Shown: positions 28,167 to 38,402, counted from the first letter of the stretch. The stretch: 64,000 nt of DNA from Baekduia sp. (GCA_036009425.1 DASYLT010000203.1:2144-66143); one strand, 5' to 3'. Numbers and translations: made by a program. Notes: generated from the letters alone by a model not told the origin.

Positions 28167-29180
28167 CTAGCCCAGGACCGCGTGCTCGACCGCGTCCAAG
28201 TCGGGCTCGCAGGGAACCACCGACCCGGCCTGCATCAACGCCGTCTGAGGATCCTTGAGCCCGTGGCCGGTCAGGACGCACACGATGCGGTCGACGCCTT
28301 CCGGCGCGCCGTACTTCATCAACCCCGCGACCGACGCGGCGCTCGCGGGCTCGCAGAACACGCCCTCGCCGGCGGCCAGGAACCGGTAGGCGTCGAGGAT
28401 CTCCGCGTCGCTGACCGCCCGCACGTGGCCACGCGACGTGGTCATGGCCGCCATCGCCTCCTCCCACCGCGCGGGGTTGCCGATCCGGATCGCGCTGGCG
28501 ATCGTCTCGGGCTCCTCGACCGGGTGGCCGAGCACCAGCGGTGCGGCGCCCTCGGCCTGGAAGCCGAGCATCCGCGGTGACTCCCCCACCTCCTGGAAGC
28601 CCTTCCAGTAGGCCGTGACGTTGCCCGCGTTGCCGACCGGGATGCACAGCGCGTCGATCGAGCCGATCTGCTCGTGGATCTCGAACGCCGCGGTCTTCTG
28701 TCCCTCGATCCGGAACGGGTTGACGCTGTTGACCAGCGCGATCGGCTGCCGGTCGCACACCTCGCGCACCAGCTTCAGCGCCACGTCGAAGTTCCCGCGC
28801 AGCGCGATGACCCGCGCGCCGTGCATCAGCGCCTGGGCGAGCTTGCCCGTCGCGATCTTGCCCTCGGGGACGATCACCGCGCCCCGCAGGCCGGCGCGCG
28901 CGGCATACGCGGCCAGCGACGCGGCGGTGTTGCCGGTCGAGGCGCACAGCACCGCCTCGGCGCCATTGCGCACCGCATCGGAGACCGCGCAGGTCATGCC
29001 GCGGTCCTTGAACGAGCCGGTCGGGTTGGCGCCCTCGATCTTCAGGAAGACCTCGGCGCCGATGCGGTCGCCCAGCTTGGGAGCGGGCACGAGCGGCGTC
29101 GATCCCTCCTGCAGCGAGACGACGGGGTCGCCCGGCGCGAACGGCAGGTGGTCGCGGTAGCGCTCGATCAGGCCGGGCAC
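28167..29180 (-). CDS. thrC: Threonine synthase
   Basis: NPTGSFKDRG, ASTGNT, PVGNAGN. Confidence 0.96.
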   Translation of the reverse strand: MPGLIERYRDHLPFAPGDPVVSLQEGSTPLVPAPKLGDRIGAEVFLKIEGANPTGSFKDRGMTCAVSDAVRNGAEAVLCASTGNTAASLAAYAARAGLRGAVIVPEGKIATGKLAQALMHGARVIALRGNFDVALKLVREVCDRQPIALVNSVNPFRIEGQKTAAFEIHEQIGSIDALCIPVGNAGNVTAYWKGFQEVGESPRMLGFQAEGAAPLVLGHPVEEPETIASAIRIGNPARWEEAMAAMTTSRGHVRAVSDAEILDAYRFLAAGEGVFCEPASAASVAGLMKYGAPEGVDRIVCVLTGHGLKDPQTALMQAGSVVPCEPDLDAVEHAVLG

Positions 29181-29186
29181 GGGATT

Positions 29187-30407
29187 CTAGAACTCCTCGT
29201 CGATGACGCGGATCGCGCGCGGACGCGCCCGGACGAACTCCAGGCCGGCGATGAGCTCCACCGCCGCGAACAGCTTGGACTCGAGCACGGGATGGAGGAC
29301 CATCACGAGGCGGGCGTCGGCGCCCAGCCCCTTCTGCACGAAGGACTTCACGCTGATGCCCTGCAGTCCCAGGATCTGGGCGAGCTGGGCGAGGACGCCG
29401 GGCTCGTCGGCGACGTCGACGTGCAGGTAGAACGCGCCCTTGACGTCGGAGATCAGCTCGAGGCGCTCGCTCGGCTCGGGCGTCGAGGCCGGCGGGATCA
29501 TCGCGCTGATGACGTCGCCGAGCACCGCGCTGGCCGTCTGCGGGCCGCCCGCGCCGGGGCCGCTGAGCGTGATCTCGGTGATCGCCGGCGACTCGATCGT
29601 CACCGCGTTGAACGGGCCGTTGATCGACGCGAGCGGGTGGGCGCCGTAGAGGAACGCCGGGTGGACGCGCACGCTGAGGCCGCCGTCGACGCGCTCGGCC
29701 GTGCCGATCAGCTTCAGGCCGAGCCCGAGCTCGCGGGCGTACTCCATGTCGTCGGCGGTCAGGTGCTCGATGCCCTCGTAGGGGATCTCGTCGAGGCTGA
29801 CGGGCGTGTCGAACGCCAGGCGCGCGAGGATCGCCATCTTGGCGGCGGCGTCCTTGCCGGTGACGTCGTCGGTCGGGTCCGCCTCGGCGTATCCGAGCTG
29901 CTGGGCCTCGGCCAGCGCGTCGGCGTAGGGGGCGCCGGTCTCGGCCATGCGGCTGAGGATGAAGTTGGTGGTGCCGTTGACGATGCCGTGGATGCGCTCG
30001 ACGTGGGCGCCGGCCAGGGACTCCTGCAGCACGCGGACGACCGGGACTACGCCGCCGACCGCGGCCTCGAACCGCAGCTGGACGCCATGGTGGCGGGCGG
30101 CGGCCCACAGCTCCTCGCCGTGCTCGGCCAGCAGCTGCTTGTTGGCGGTGACGACGTGCTTGCCCGCCGTCATGGCGCGCAGCACGTAGTCGCGCGCCGG
30201 CTCGAGGCCGCCCATGAGCTCGACCACGAGGTCGCTGCCGGCGAGGATCTCGTCGAAGTCGCCCTCGCTGCGGCGCAGCACGCCGGAGATCTCGGGGCGC
30301 AGGCCGGTGATGTTGGCGACGTGGTCGGCGCGCTCGGCGACGAGGTCGGCGAACGCGCCGCCGACGGTCCCGCGGCCGAGTAGGCCGATCCGGAAGGGCT
30401 CAGCCAT
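29187..30407 (-). CDS. hom: Homoserine dehydrogenase with ACT domain
   Basis: GRGTVG, VVTANK, NGTTNFIL, GYAEADP. Confidence 0.96.
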   Translation of the reverse strand: MAEPFRIGLLGRGTVGGAFADLVAERADHVANITGLRPEISGVLRRSEGDFDEILAGSDLVVELMGGLEPARDYVLRAMTAGKHVVTANKQLLAEHGEELWAAARHHGVQLRFEAAVGGVVPVVRVLQESLAGAHVERIHGIVNGTTNFILSRMAETGAPYADALAEAQQLGYAEADPTDDVTGKDAAAKMAILARLAFDTPVSLDEIPYEGIEHLTADDMEYARELGLGLKLIGTAERVDGGLSVRVHPAFLYGAHPLASINGPFNAVTIESPAITEITLSGPGAGGPQTASAVLGDVISAMIPPASTPEPSERLELISDVKGAFYLHVDVADEPGVLAQLAQILGLQGISVKSFVQKGLGADARLVMVLHPVLESKLFAAVELIAGLEFVRARPRAIRVIDEEF

Positions 30408-31671
30408 TCAGGTCCCTCCGCGTCAGGTCCTCATAGGTCTCGCGCCGCACGACCGCGCGGGCGTGGCCCTCCGAGACGAAGACGATGGGCGGCCGGGGCT
30501 GCCCGTTGTAGTTGTTGGCCATCGCGTGCCCGTAGGCGCCGGTGACGGGAACGGCGACGAGGTCGCCGGGGCGCGGGTCCGGCAGGTCGACGTCGTGGAT
30601 CAGCACGTCGCTGGACTCGCAGTGCTTGCCCGCGAGGTGGGCGACCGTGCCCCCGGCGTTCGCCCGGCCGACGACCATCGCCTCGTAGCGGGCCTCGTAG
30701 AGCATCGGGCGCAGGTTGTCGGACATGCCGCCGTCGACCGCGACCCACGTCGCGACGTTGTGCTTGACCGACTGCACGGTGTACAGCGTGACCGTGGAGT
30801 GGGCGACGAGCGCGCGGCCCGGCTCGTCGGCGATGCGCTTGCCCGGACCGACGATCTCGCGCAGCAGGTCGACCTTGCGGGCGACGTAGTCCTCGATGGC
30901 GGGCGCCGACTGCTCGTGGGTGTAGGCGACGCCGAGCCCGCCACCCATGTTGTAGGTGTGGAAGTCGCCCAGCGCCGCCACGACCTCCAGCGCTGCCCGG
31001 AACGGCTCGAGGTCGAGGATCTGCGACCCGATGTGGAAGTGCAGCCCGTCGAGGTCGAGCTTGTCGGAGGCCTGCGCGCGCTCGATGGCGACGTGCGCGT
31101 CGGCGGGGTTGAACCCGAACTTGGTGTTCGGGCCGCCGGTGGAGATGTGGTGATGGGTGTCGGGGCTGACGCCGGGCGCGATGCGCAGCAGGATCCGCTG
31201 GCGGCGGCCGGCCGGGATCAGGCGCTGCAGGGCCGCGAGCTCGTCGAGGTTGTCGACGACGATGTCGCCGATCCGCGCGTCGAGCGCCATCTGCAGCTCG
31301 GCCTCGCTCTTGGCGTTGCCGTGCAGGTGGACCTTGGCCGGGTCGAAGCCGGCGTTGAGCGCGAGGTGCAGCTCGCCGCCCGAGGCGACGTCGCAGGCGA
31401 GGCCCTCCTCGGCGAACAGGCGCAGGACGGCGGTCGCGGGGAAGGACTTGGAGGCGAAGTGGACCTCGAAGTCGTCGGTGCGCTGGGCGAACGCGGCAAG
31501 GAAGCGCCGGGCGCGGGTGCGCAGGTCGTCCTCGGCCACGACGTAGGCGGGTGTGCCGAACTCGCGGGCGAGCTCGCGGGCGTCGCATCCGCCCAGCTGA
31601 AGCACGCCCTCGGAGTCGAGGACCGTGCCCAGCGGCCAGACGTGGGAGACGGGGGTCTGCGTGGTCGCCAT
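30400..31671 (-). CDS. lysA: Diaminopimelate decarboxylase
   Basis: FASK, HGNAKS, HIGSQ, EPGR, HCESSD, GAYG. Confidence 0.95.
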   Translation of the reverse strand: MATTQTPVSHVWPLGTVLDSEGVLQLGGCDARELAREFGTPAYVVAEDDLRTRARRFLAAFAQRTDDFEVHFASKSFPATAVLRLFAEEGLACDVASGGELHLALNAGFDPAKVHLHGNAKSEAELQMALDARIGDIVVDNLDELAALQRLIPAGRRQRILLRIAPGVSPDTHHHISTGGPNTKFGFNPADAHVAIERAQASDKLDLDGLHFHIGSQILDLEPFRAALEVVAALGDFHTYNMGGGLGVAYTHEQSAPAIEDYVARKVDLLREIVGPGKRIADEPGRALVAHSTVTLYTVQSVKHNVATWVAVDGGMSDNLRPMLYEARYEAMVVGRANAGGTVAHLAGKHCESSDVLIHDVDLPDPRPGDLVAVPVTGAYGHAMANNYNGQPRPPIVFVSEGHARAVVRRETYEDLTRRDLNG

Positions 31672-31695
31672 CGGCGGGCGGCATGATGCCACGCC

Positions 31696-32409
31696 ATGCG
31701 CACCGTTCGAGCTGAGCCACCGGTGGAGACCGGCAGAACTGCCGGATTGGCCTGGGCTCGGTTCGGCCCGGAGGGGTCCGATTCGCCGCCGGCCGCAGGC
31801 GTGGTGATCCTCCATGGCGCCGACTCGCGCAAGGAGAGCCACTTCGACTTCGCCCGCGCCTGCGCGGCGGGAGGCCTCGCCGCGCTGGCGTTCGACGCCC
31901 GCGGCCACGGCGAGTCGGGCGGCGCGCTGGACGCGCGCGCGGTCGACGACGTGGCGCGCATGGCCGACGTGCTGCGCGAGCGTGCCGGCGTGTCGGCGAT
32001 CGGGCTGCGCGGATCGTCGATGGGCGGCTACTTCGCGCTGGTCGCGGCCGAGGAGGCACGGGCGGGCGCGGTCGTGGCGATCTGCCCGGCGTCGGCGGTC
32101 GGGCTGTCGGTGGGGGTCCGCGCCGGGCGCTTCGGGTTCCCGGTCGACCGCGACGAGCTGGTGGCGCTGCTGGGGCGCTGCGACGAGACCGAGGCGGCCC
32201 GGGGGCTCGCGGCGCGAGCGACCCCGTTGCTGCTGCTGCACGCCGAGGGGGACGAGGTCGTGCCGGTCGAGCTGTCGCGAGCACTGCACGAGGCGGCCCC
32301 GGGCTCGAAGCTCGTGGTGGTGCCGGGCGGCAACCATCGGTCCGTACAGCACGACGCGGAGCTTCAGGGGGTGGCGGTGCGGTGGCTGGCGCGGGGGCTG
32401 CGGGCGTGA
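31696..32409 (+). CDS. Alpha/beta hydrolase
   Basis: HG, FDARGHGES, GSSMGG, D and H triad positions. Confidence 0.88.
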   Translation: MRTVRAEPPVETGRTAGLAWARFGPEGSDSPPAAGVVILHGADSRKESHFDFARACAAGGLAALAFDARGHGESGGALDARAVDDVARMADVLRERAGVSAIGLRGSSMGGYFALVAAEEARAGAVVAICPASAVGLSVGVRAGRFGFPVDRDELVALLGRCDETEAARGLAARATPLLLLHAEGDEVVPVELSRALHEAAPGSKLVVVPGGNHRSVQHDAELQGVAVRWLARGLRA

Positions 32410-32424
32410 GGGCACCGCCCCGGG

Positions 32425-32543
32425 CGACCCTCGCCTCAGGCGCCCGCGGAGGACCGACAGCGCCGGCGCCCTCAACAGACGCACTCATCACTGCCCCCGA
32501 ACCACGCCCCGCAGCGCCACCAGCGCCCCGCACGGCGCGCCAA
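32425..32543 (+). repeat. Dispersed intergenic repeat, copy A
   Basis: 35-nt core at 32481-32515 matches 59989-60023 at 34/35 positions; flanks also similar. Confidence 0.8.
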
Positions 32544-32567
32544 GACGGTGGCGCCGCCAACCAACCC

Positions 32568-33785
32568 CTACAAGTACCCCATCGGGTTCTGCACCGCCCC
32601 GTTCACCCGCACCTCGAAGTGCAGATGCGGCCCCGTCGAGTGCCCCGTCGACCCCGACAGCCCGATGATGTCGCCCTTGCTCACCGACTGCCCTACGTGC
32701 ACCTTCAGCACCGACTGGTGCCCGTAGCACGTCGACAGCGTCGCGGTGTGCTGGACGCAGGTGTAGTTGCCGTAGCCGCCGACCCAGCCGGCGATCGCCA
32801 CGCGGCCGCCGTCGGCGGCGCGGATCGGCGTGCCGGTCGGCACGGCGATGTCGATGCCCGGGTGGCACGACTCCCAGGCGCGGGACTCGCAGAAGGGTGA
32901 GGTGATCGGGCCGTTGACGGGCCAGATGAAGCGCCCGCTGCCGCCCTTGATGGCGCCGGCGGGCAGGCCGCCGCCGCCCTGCAGCTGCGCCTGGACCTTG
33001 TCGGACTCCTTCTTGAGCTCGTCGAGGTGCGTCTCCAGCGACTTGCGCTCGGTGCGCACCTGACCCAGCGCGTTCTTCTTGTCGTTGCGCGTCTGCTGGT
33101 AGCCGACCCGCGTGTCGATCAGCTGCTGCTTGATCTGGGCGACCTGGTCGCGGCGCTGCAGCACGATCGTGGTGAGCTGCTGCTGGCGGCGCTCGAGCTT
33201 GTCGAGGCGCGCAGCGGTCGAGGTCGCGTCGGCCTTCGCGGTCTTGACGATCTGGATGACGTTGTTGTCCTGCTCCTGGATGCGGCCCAGGAACTCGCCG
33301 CGCTCGAGCAGGTCGGCGAAGCCGTTGCTGTTGAGGACGACCGTCATGAGGTCGGGCTTGTCGGCCCGATACAGCTCGGCCAGGCGCCGGGCGAGGATCT
33401 TGCGTCCCTCGGCGAGGCGGGCGCGCAGGCGAGCCAGGCGGGCGCGCTCGGAGCGCAGCTTGCGCTGGGTGCTCACGAGCTCGTTGCGGCGCGCGTCCAG
33501 GTCGGCCTGGATGCGCTGCTCGCGGCTCTGCAGCGTGCTGATCGACCCCTGCAGCTTGGCGATGCGCGAGGACCAGCGCTGGATGTCGGACGTCAGGACG
33601 TGCTCGGTGCCCTTGCGGCGACCGATCTTCCCGCGGGTCGTCTCGATCTTCTTCTGGAGAGAGGCGGCGCGGCCCTGCGGCGACGCCTCGGAGCCGAGCG
33701 GCAGCACGAGCCACAGCGACAGGCAGAGCATCGACGGCAGGACGGCAGCGGCCAACACGTGGCGCAGGCGCATGCGACCGGGCAT
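32568..33785 (-). CDS. M23 peptidase with coiled-coil (EnvC-like architecture)
   Basis: HPGID, YGH and GPHLHFE motifs after a long coiled-coil. Confidence 0.92.
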   Translation of the reverse strand: MPGRMRLRHVLAAAVLPSMLCLSLWLVLPLGSEASPQGRAASLQKKIETTRGKIGRRKGTEHVLTSDIQRWSSRIAKLQGSISTLQSREQRIQADLDARRNELVSTQRKLRSERARLARLRARLAEGRKILARRLAELYRADKPDLMTVVLNSNGFADLLERGEFLGRIQEQDNNVIQIVKTAKADATSTAARLDKLERRQQQLTTIVLQRRDQVAQIKQQLIDTRVGYQQTRNDKKNALGQVRTERKSLETHLDELKKESDKVQAQLQGGGGLPAGAIKGGSGRFIWPVNGPITSPFCESRAWESCHPGIDIAVPTGTPIRAADGGRVAIAGWVGGYGNYTCVQHTATLSTCYGHQSVLKVHVGQSVSKGDIIGLSGSTGHSTGPHLHFEVRVNGAVQNPMGYL

Positions 33786-33871
33786 GGTAGGAGCCGGCGA
33801 CGCCGATCCGTGCAAGCCGCCGTGCGCGCACCTTCATCGAACCGTAAGGCAACAGGACTACCATCCCTCCC

Positions 33872-34798
33872 ATGAACACCTCGTTCGGTCGCGACACGGG
33901 TCTGCAGGTGCGGATGCTCGTGACGATGTTGCTGCTGGGCCTCGTCTACGTGGTCTTCTTCGCGGTGCTGTTCAGCAGCGCCGGCGGCGCGGTCGCCCTC
34001 GTCGGCTGCGCGGCGTTCCTGGGCTTCCAGTTCTTCGCCTCCGACAAGCTCGCGCTGCGCTCCATGGGCGCCAAGGAGGTCTCACCGCAGGAGGCTCCTG
34101 AGCTGCACGCGATGATCGAGCGGCTCTGCGTCCAGGCCGACATCCCCAAGCCGAAGATCGCCGTGGTCTCGTCGCCGGTCCCCAACGCCTTCGCGCTGGG
34201 TCGCTCCCAGAAGGCCGCGACGGTCTGCGCCACGACCGGGATCATGGACCTGCTCTCCCCCTCGGAGCTCGAGGCGGTCATGGCCCACGAGATCACCCAC
34301 ATCGTCAACCGCGACGTGATGATCATGACGCTCGCGGGCTTCTTCGCCTCGATCGCGTCGATGATCGTGCAGTTCGGCTTCCTCTTCGGCGGCGGGTACG
34401 GCGGCGGCTCCTCCAGCGACGACGACGACGGCCCGAGCTTCATGGCCATCATCCTGATCTCGGCCGTGGTCTGGGTCGTCAGCTTCTTCCTCATGCAGGC
34501 GCTGTCGCGCTACCGCGAGTTCGCGGCCGACCGCGGCGCCGCGGTCATCACCGGCCGCCCGAGCGCGCTCTCGTCCGCGCTGCTGAAGCTCAACAGCATC
34601 AACGCGCGCATCCCGCAGAACGACCTGCGCGCGCACGCCGAGATGAACGCCTTCTACATCGTCCCGGTCAGGGTCAAGGAGTCGCTCTACAACCTCTTCT
34701 CCACCCACCCGCCGATGGAGAAGCGCATCGAGGCCCTGTCGCGGCTGGAGGCGCAGCTGCAGAGCGGCGGACCCGTCCGCACGGCGCTGGCGTCCTGA
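33872..34798 (+). CDS. htpX: Zinc metalloprotease HtpX
   Basis: PNAFA, AHEITH, SRYREFAADR, STHPP. Confidence 0.94.
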   Translation: MNTSFGRDTGLQVRMLVTMLLLGLVYVVFFAVLFSSAGGAVALVGCAAFLGFQFFASDKLALRSMGAKEVSPQEAPELHAMIERLCVQADIPKPKIAVVSSPVPNAFALGRSQKAATVCATTGIMDLLSPSELEAVMAHEITHIVNRDVMIMTLAGFFASIASMIVQFGFLFGGGYGGGSSSDDDDGPSFMAIILISAVVWVVSFFLMQALSRYREFAADRGAAVITGRPSALSSALLKLNSINARIPQNDLRAHAEMNAFYIVPVRVKESLYNLFSTHPPMEKRIEALSRLEAQLQSGGPVRTALAS

Positions 34799-34801
34799 GC
34801 C

Positions 34802-35383
34802 GTGGGCCTCTTCGACGCACTGCTGGGCCGCAGCAAGGTCAAGGGCCCGGCGCCTGACCGGCTCTTCGCGATCACGACGGCCGCGGTCGCGCTGGAGGCC
34901 GGCCCGGGGATCAAGAACCGCGGCCGCGCCGCGATCGTGTTCCAGCCGCTGGCGACCGGCGACTTCCAGCAGATCGCCTCCGAGATGGAGGAGGTCGTCC
35001 GCGGCACCGGCGAGGAGACCGGGACGACGCTGACCACCAGCGACGACACCTACGGCTACCGCTGGATGATCCTCCACGACGACGACATCGAGGACCTCGC
35101 GGTCGGCGTCAACGCGGTCTCCGACGCGCTCGCCGTCGGCGGCTACGGCAACCGCGTGCTGGCCTCCGTGTTCGCGTTCGAGCAGTCCGACGGCCGCCCG
35201 GTGTACTTCATCTACAACTACAAGCGCGGCACGTGGTACCCCTTCGTGCCAGACACCGATCCCGCCCGCCCGCAGCAGCGCGACACCGAGCGCGAGCTGC
35301 AGGTCAAGGCCCAACTGGGCAGCGAGCTGCCGGTCGAGCCCGAGCTCGAGCGCTGGTTCCCCCTGTGGGGCATTCCCATCTGA
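34802..35383 (+). CDS. PspA-associated protein PspAB-like
   Basis: MGLFDALLGR..., IYNYKRGTWYPF, RWFPLWGIP; directly after htpX. Confidence 0.8.
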   Translation: MGLFDALLGRSKVKGPAPDRLFAITTAAVALEAGPGIKNRGRAAIVFQPLATGDFQQIASEMEEVVRGTGEETGTTLTTSDDTYGYRWMILHDDDIEDLAVGVNAVSDALAVGGYGNRVLASVFAFEQSDGRPVYFIYNYKRGTWYPFVPDTDPARPQQRDTERELQVKAQLGSELPVEPELERWFPLWGIPI

Positions 35384-35405
35384 CCGAGCCCTTTCGGGGC
35401 GGCCG

Positions 35406-37061
35406 TCAGGCGCGGGCGTGCGCCCGCATGCCGTCCTCCAAACGCCGGACGGCCAGCAGCGCGACGTCATCCGGCCATTCGCCGTCGGGCGCCATCGCCG
35501 TGAGCACGCGGTCGCAGAGCTCGTCGAGGTCGGGGGGCGCGCCGGCGGCCACCGCCCGCAGGGCCTCGAGGCTCTGGTCCAGGCCCTCGTCGCGGCGCTC
35601 GACCAGGCCGTCGGTGTAGAGCAGCATCCGCGCTCCGGCGCCCAGACGGTGGCGCTCCTGGCCGCGGCCCTCGACGGCAGCGCCCAGCGGCGGCCCCAGC
35701 GCCCCGGTGATCAGCCTCGCCCCCGCGGCGTCGAGCAGCACCGCCGGCGGATGCCCAGCGCTGGCGATCGCCATGTCGCCGCCGCCGTCGACGATCACGA
35801 GCAGCGCCGTGGCCGTCACGTCCATCGCGGCCACGAAGCGGTCGAGGCGATCCAGCACGCTGCCGGGCTCCTCGTCCTCCAGGGCGTAGGCGTGCAGCGC
35901 CGCGCGGACCTGGCCCATCGCCGCGGCGGCGTTCAGTCCTTTGCCGGCGACGTCGCCGATGGCCAGGCCGAGGCGGCCGCCGGGCAGCGGCACCGCGTCG
36001 TAGAAGTCGCCGCCGACCGGCCCCTCGGCGCCGCGCGGCAGGTAGCGGGCACGCAACACGAGCCCGGCCGCCGACGGGAGCATCTGCGGCAGCAGCGAGC
36101 GTTGGAGCGTCTCCGCGATGCGCCGCTCGCGCTCGCGCAGCTGCGCGTGGCCGATCGCCAGCGCGGCGCGGTCGCCGACGGCCTCCAGGATGCGCAGATC
36201 CCGCTCGCCGAAGCGCCCGACCTCGGTCGTGCTGACGTGCAGCACGCCGATGACGCCACCGTCGAGCCGCAGCGGCACGCCGGCCACCGATCCCCGGAAC
36301 CGCCGGTGCGCGGGCGCCAGGCCTGGGACGGCGGCGATGTCGTCGAAGACCAGCCCGCGCCCCGCCGCCGCGATCGCGCCCGACACGCCAGGCCCGATCG
36401 GCGTCAGCTCGCCCACGACGTCCATGCCCAGCGCGGCACGGACGCGCAGCGTGCGGTCCTCGTCGTCGACGAGCAGGATTGCCGCGCGGGAGCCGCCGAG
36501 CGCGTCGCGCGCCAGCACGAGCAGGCGCTCCAGCGCCGCATCGAGGCTCTGGGCCGTGAAGCCGGTGAGCATCACGGCCTCCAGGCGGTGCAGGCGACGC
36601 TCGGCCTCCTCGGCGTCTTCGCGCGCACGGGCGGCCTCGCACCGGCGCCGGGCCAGGTCGCGCCGGCTGGCGATCAGGTCCTCGTTGAGCGCCAGCACCT
36701 GCCCGACGAGCCGGTGGCCGTCGCCGACGGCGGACTCGGCGACCAGGAGCGTTCCGTGGCCGGTGTCGCGCACGTGGACGACGCGATCCTCGACCGTGGC
36801 CGAGCCGGCGGCCCGGAAGCCCAGCGTCAGCGCCGACCACTCCGGTCCTGCGCCGGCCAGGTGCGCAGCCAGCGCCGGGCGCTGGGTTTCGCTGACCAGT
36901 CCGGCGAGCGGCTCGCCGCGCAGATCGGCCGTGCCGGCGGCGGCCGCCAGCGCCGGGTTGGCCTCGACGATCCGACCCTCGCGATCGACGCGGGCGCCGT
37001 AGAGCGTGCGGCTGGCCTGCAGCAGCGCCTCGAGCGGACGGAGGTCGTTTCCAGCAGCCAT
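35406..37061 (-). CDS. SpoIIE/RsbU-type PP2C phosphatase with PAS and GAF domains
   Basis: LQRSLLP, VGGDFYD, IGDVAGKG, SAGHPP, YTDGL, DDVALL. Confidence 0.92.
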   Translation of the reverse strand: MAAGNDLRPLEALLQASRTLYGARVDREGRIVEANPALAAAAGTADLRGEPLAGLVSETQRPALAAHLAGAGPEWSALTLGFRAAGSATVEDRVVHVRDTGHGTLLVAESAVGDGHRLVGQVLALNEDLIASRRDLARRRCEAARAREDAEEAERRLHRLEAVMLTGFTAQSLDAALERLLVLARDALGGSRAAILLVDDEDRTLRVRAALGMDVVGELTPIGPGVSGAIAAAGRGLVFDDIAAVPGLAPAHRRFRGSVAGVPLRLDGGVIGVLHVSTTEVGRFGERDLRILEAVGDRAALAIGHAQLRERERRIAETLQRSLLPQMLPSAAGLVLRARYLPRGAEGPVGGDFYDAVPLPGGRLGLAIGDVAGKGLNAAAAMGQVRAALHAYALEDEEPGSVLDRLDRFVAAMDVTATALLVIVDGGGDMAIASAGHPPAVLLDAAGARLITGALGPPLGAAVEGRGQERHRLGAGARMLLYTDGLVERRDEGLDQSLEALRAVAAGAPPDLDELCDRVLTAMAPDGEWPDDVALLAVRRLEDGMRAHARA

Positions 37062-37139
37062 CCGGCCAGACGCTACGCGCACCGCGTCGCGCTCGCCCTG
37101 GCGGGCGGGGCGACGTCGCCCCGCCCCGCGGTCCAGGTC

Positions 37140-37442
37140 CTACGCGGTGGTCGTGCTGCTGGGCGGGTCGGGCACGAGGCCCTCGCCCGTGAAGTCCTCA
37201 CCGGCCTCGTGGAACGAGAGGTCGGCGGGCGGCAGGATGATCTCCGAGGAGCGGAGGTCGTCGTCGCCCAGCTTGGACCCCTCGTTGCGCACCAGGCTCA
37301 GCAGCGCGTCGAAGGACTCGTGGAACGCCGCCTCGTCGCCGCGATCGACCGCGGCCACGGCCGCGTCGTCGAGCTCGTCGAGCTTGGCGTGGTGCTGGTC
37401 GTCGATCTCGTACTGACCCTCTTCGGAGATGCGAACGATCAT
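37140..37442 (-). CDS. PspA-associated protein PspAA-like
   Basis: MIVRISEEGQY...ILPPADLS..E; ATGA overlap with pspA. Confidence 0.82.
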   Translation of the reverse strand: MIVRISEEGQYEIDDQHHAKLDELDDAAVAAVDRGDEAAFHESFDALLSLVRNEGSKLGDDDLRSSEIILPPADLSFHEAGEDFTGEGLVPDPPSSTTTA

Positions 37443-38191
37443 GCCTGGCCCTCTTCGAGCTGCTTGGAGTCGGCCGGGGCACCGGAGCCGAGCTCGGCCT
37501 TCATCTTGGCCAGCTCGTCGTCGACCACGGCGCCGCTGGAGAGCTCCTTGAGCTGGCGGTCGATGTCGTCGTCGCCGGAGCCCAGCGTCGTGAGGTCCTC
37601 GAACGCGCCGGAGGCCTCGAGCTCGCCGACGGCGTCGGCGCGGGCCTTCATCTGCTCGGTCTTGTCGACCGCGCGCTGCATCGCCAGGCCGACGTCGGCC
37701 ATCTCCTCGCCGACGCCCGTCGCCGCCTCGGAGATCCGCACCTGCGCCTCGGCGGCGGAGTACTGCGCCTTGATGACTTCCTTCTTGGTGCGGAAGGCCT
37801 CGATCTTGGTCGTCAGCTTCTGCTGGGAGTCGATCAGCTTCTGCTGCTGGGCCTCGAGCTCGGTGACCTGCGTGTCCAGCCCCTGCAGCTCGGTCTGCGC
37901 GACGTTCTTGCGCTCCAGCGCGACGCGGGCGAGCTCCTCGTTGCCCTGCGACAGCGCCTGGCGCGCCTGCGTGTCGAGCTTGACGACCGACTGCTCGATC
38001 TTCGTCGACTGCATCTGCAGGCGCTTCTTCGCGGTCACGACGTCCGCGATGCCCTTCTTGACGTTCTGCAGCGACTCCAGCTGCTTGGTGTAGCTGTAGT
38101 CGAGCGTCTCCGCAGGATCCTCCGCGCGGTCGAGCAGCTTCGAGATCTTCGCCTTTACGACCGTCGAGAAACGGCCACTCACGCCCGGCAT
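37439..38191 (-). CDS. pspA: PspA/IM30 family protein
   Basis: LDRAEDP, coiled-coil, ARADAVGEL; GGAGG SD. Confidence 0.93.
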   Translation of the reverse strand: MPGVSGRFSTVVKAKISKLLDRAEDPAETLDYSYTKQLESLQNVKKGIADVVTAKKRLQMQSTKIEQSVVKLDTQARQALSQGNEELARVALERKNVAQTELQGLDTQVTELEAQQQKLIDSQQKLTTKIEAFRTKKEVIKAQYSAAEAQVRISEAATGVGEEMADVGLAMQRAVDKTEQMKARADAVGELEASGAFEDLTTLGSGDDDIDRQLKELSSGAVVDDELAKMKAELGSGAPADSKQLEEGQA

Positions 38192-38261
38192 CGGGCCTCC
38201 ATAGATCGCGGTTCGGGGTCAGCACTAGCCTACCCCGCCCGCGACCCGAGTCGACCGGGAG

Positions 38262-38402
38262 CTACAACCCGTCCGGATGGCGCGCCAGACCCCGGCACGC
38301 GCCGGGGGTCTGCCGCCGGCTACAACCCGTCGGGGTGGCGCGCCAGACCCCGGCACGCGCCGGGGGTCTGCCGCCGGCTACAACCCGTCGGGGTGGCGGG
38401 CC
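38262..38402. repeat. 58-bp tandem repeat of the NlpC/P60 gene end plus a hairpin
   Basis: CTACAACCCGTC.GG.TGGCG.GCC at 38262, 38320 and 38378, separated by an identical CAGACCCCGG...CCGGGGGTCTG hairpin. Confidence 0.9.

Noticed and set aside
38262..38402. Mini-CRISPR
   Set aside because: Both spacers are identical and the repeat is the coding end of the adjacent gene
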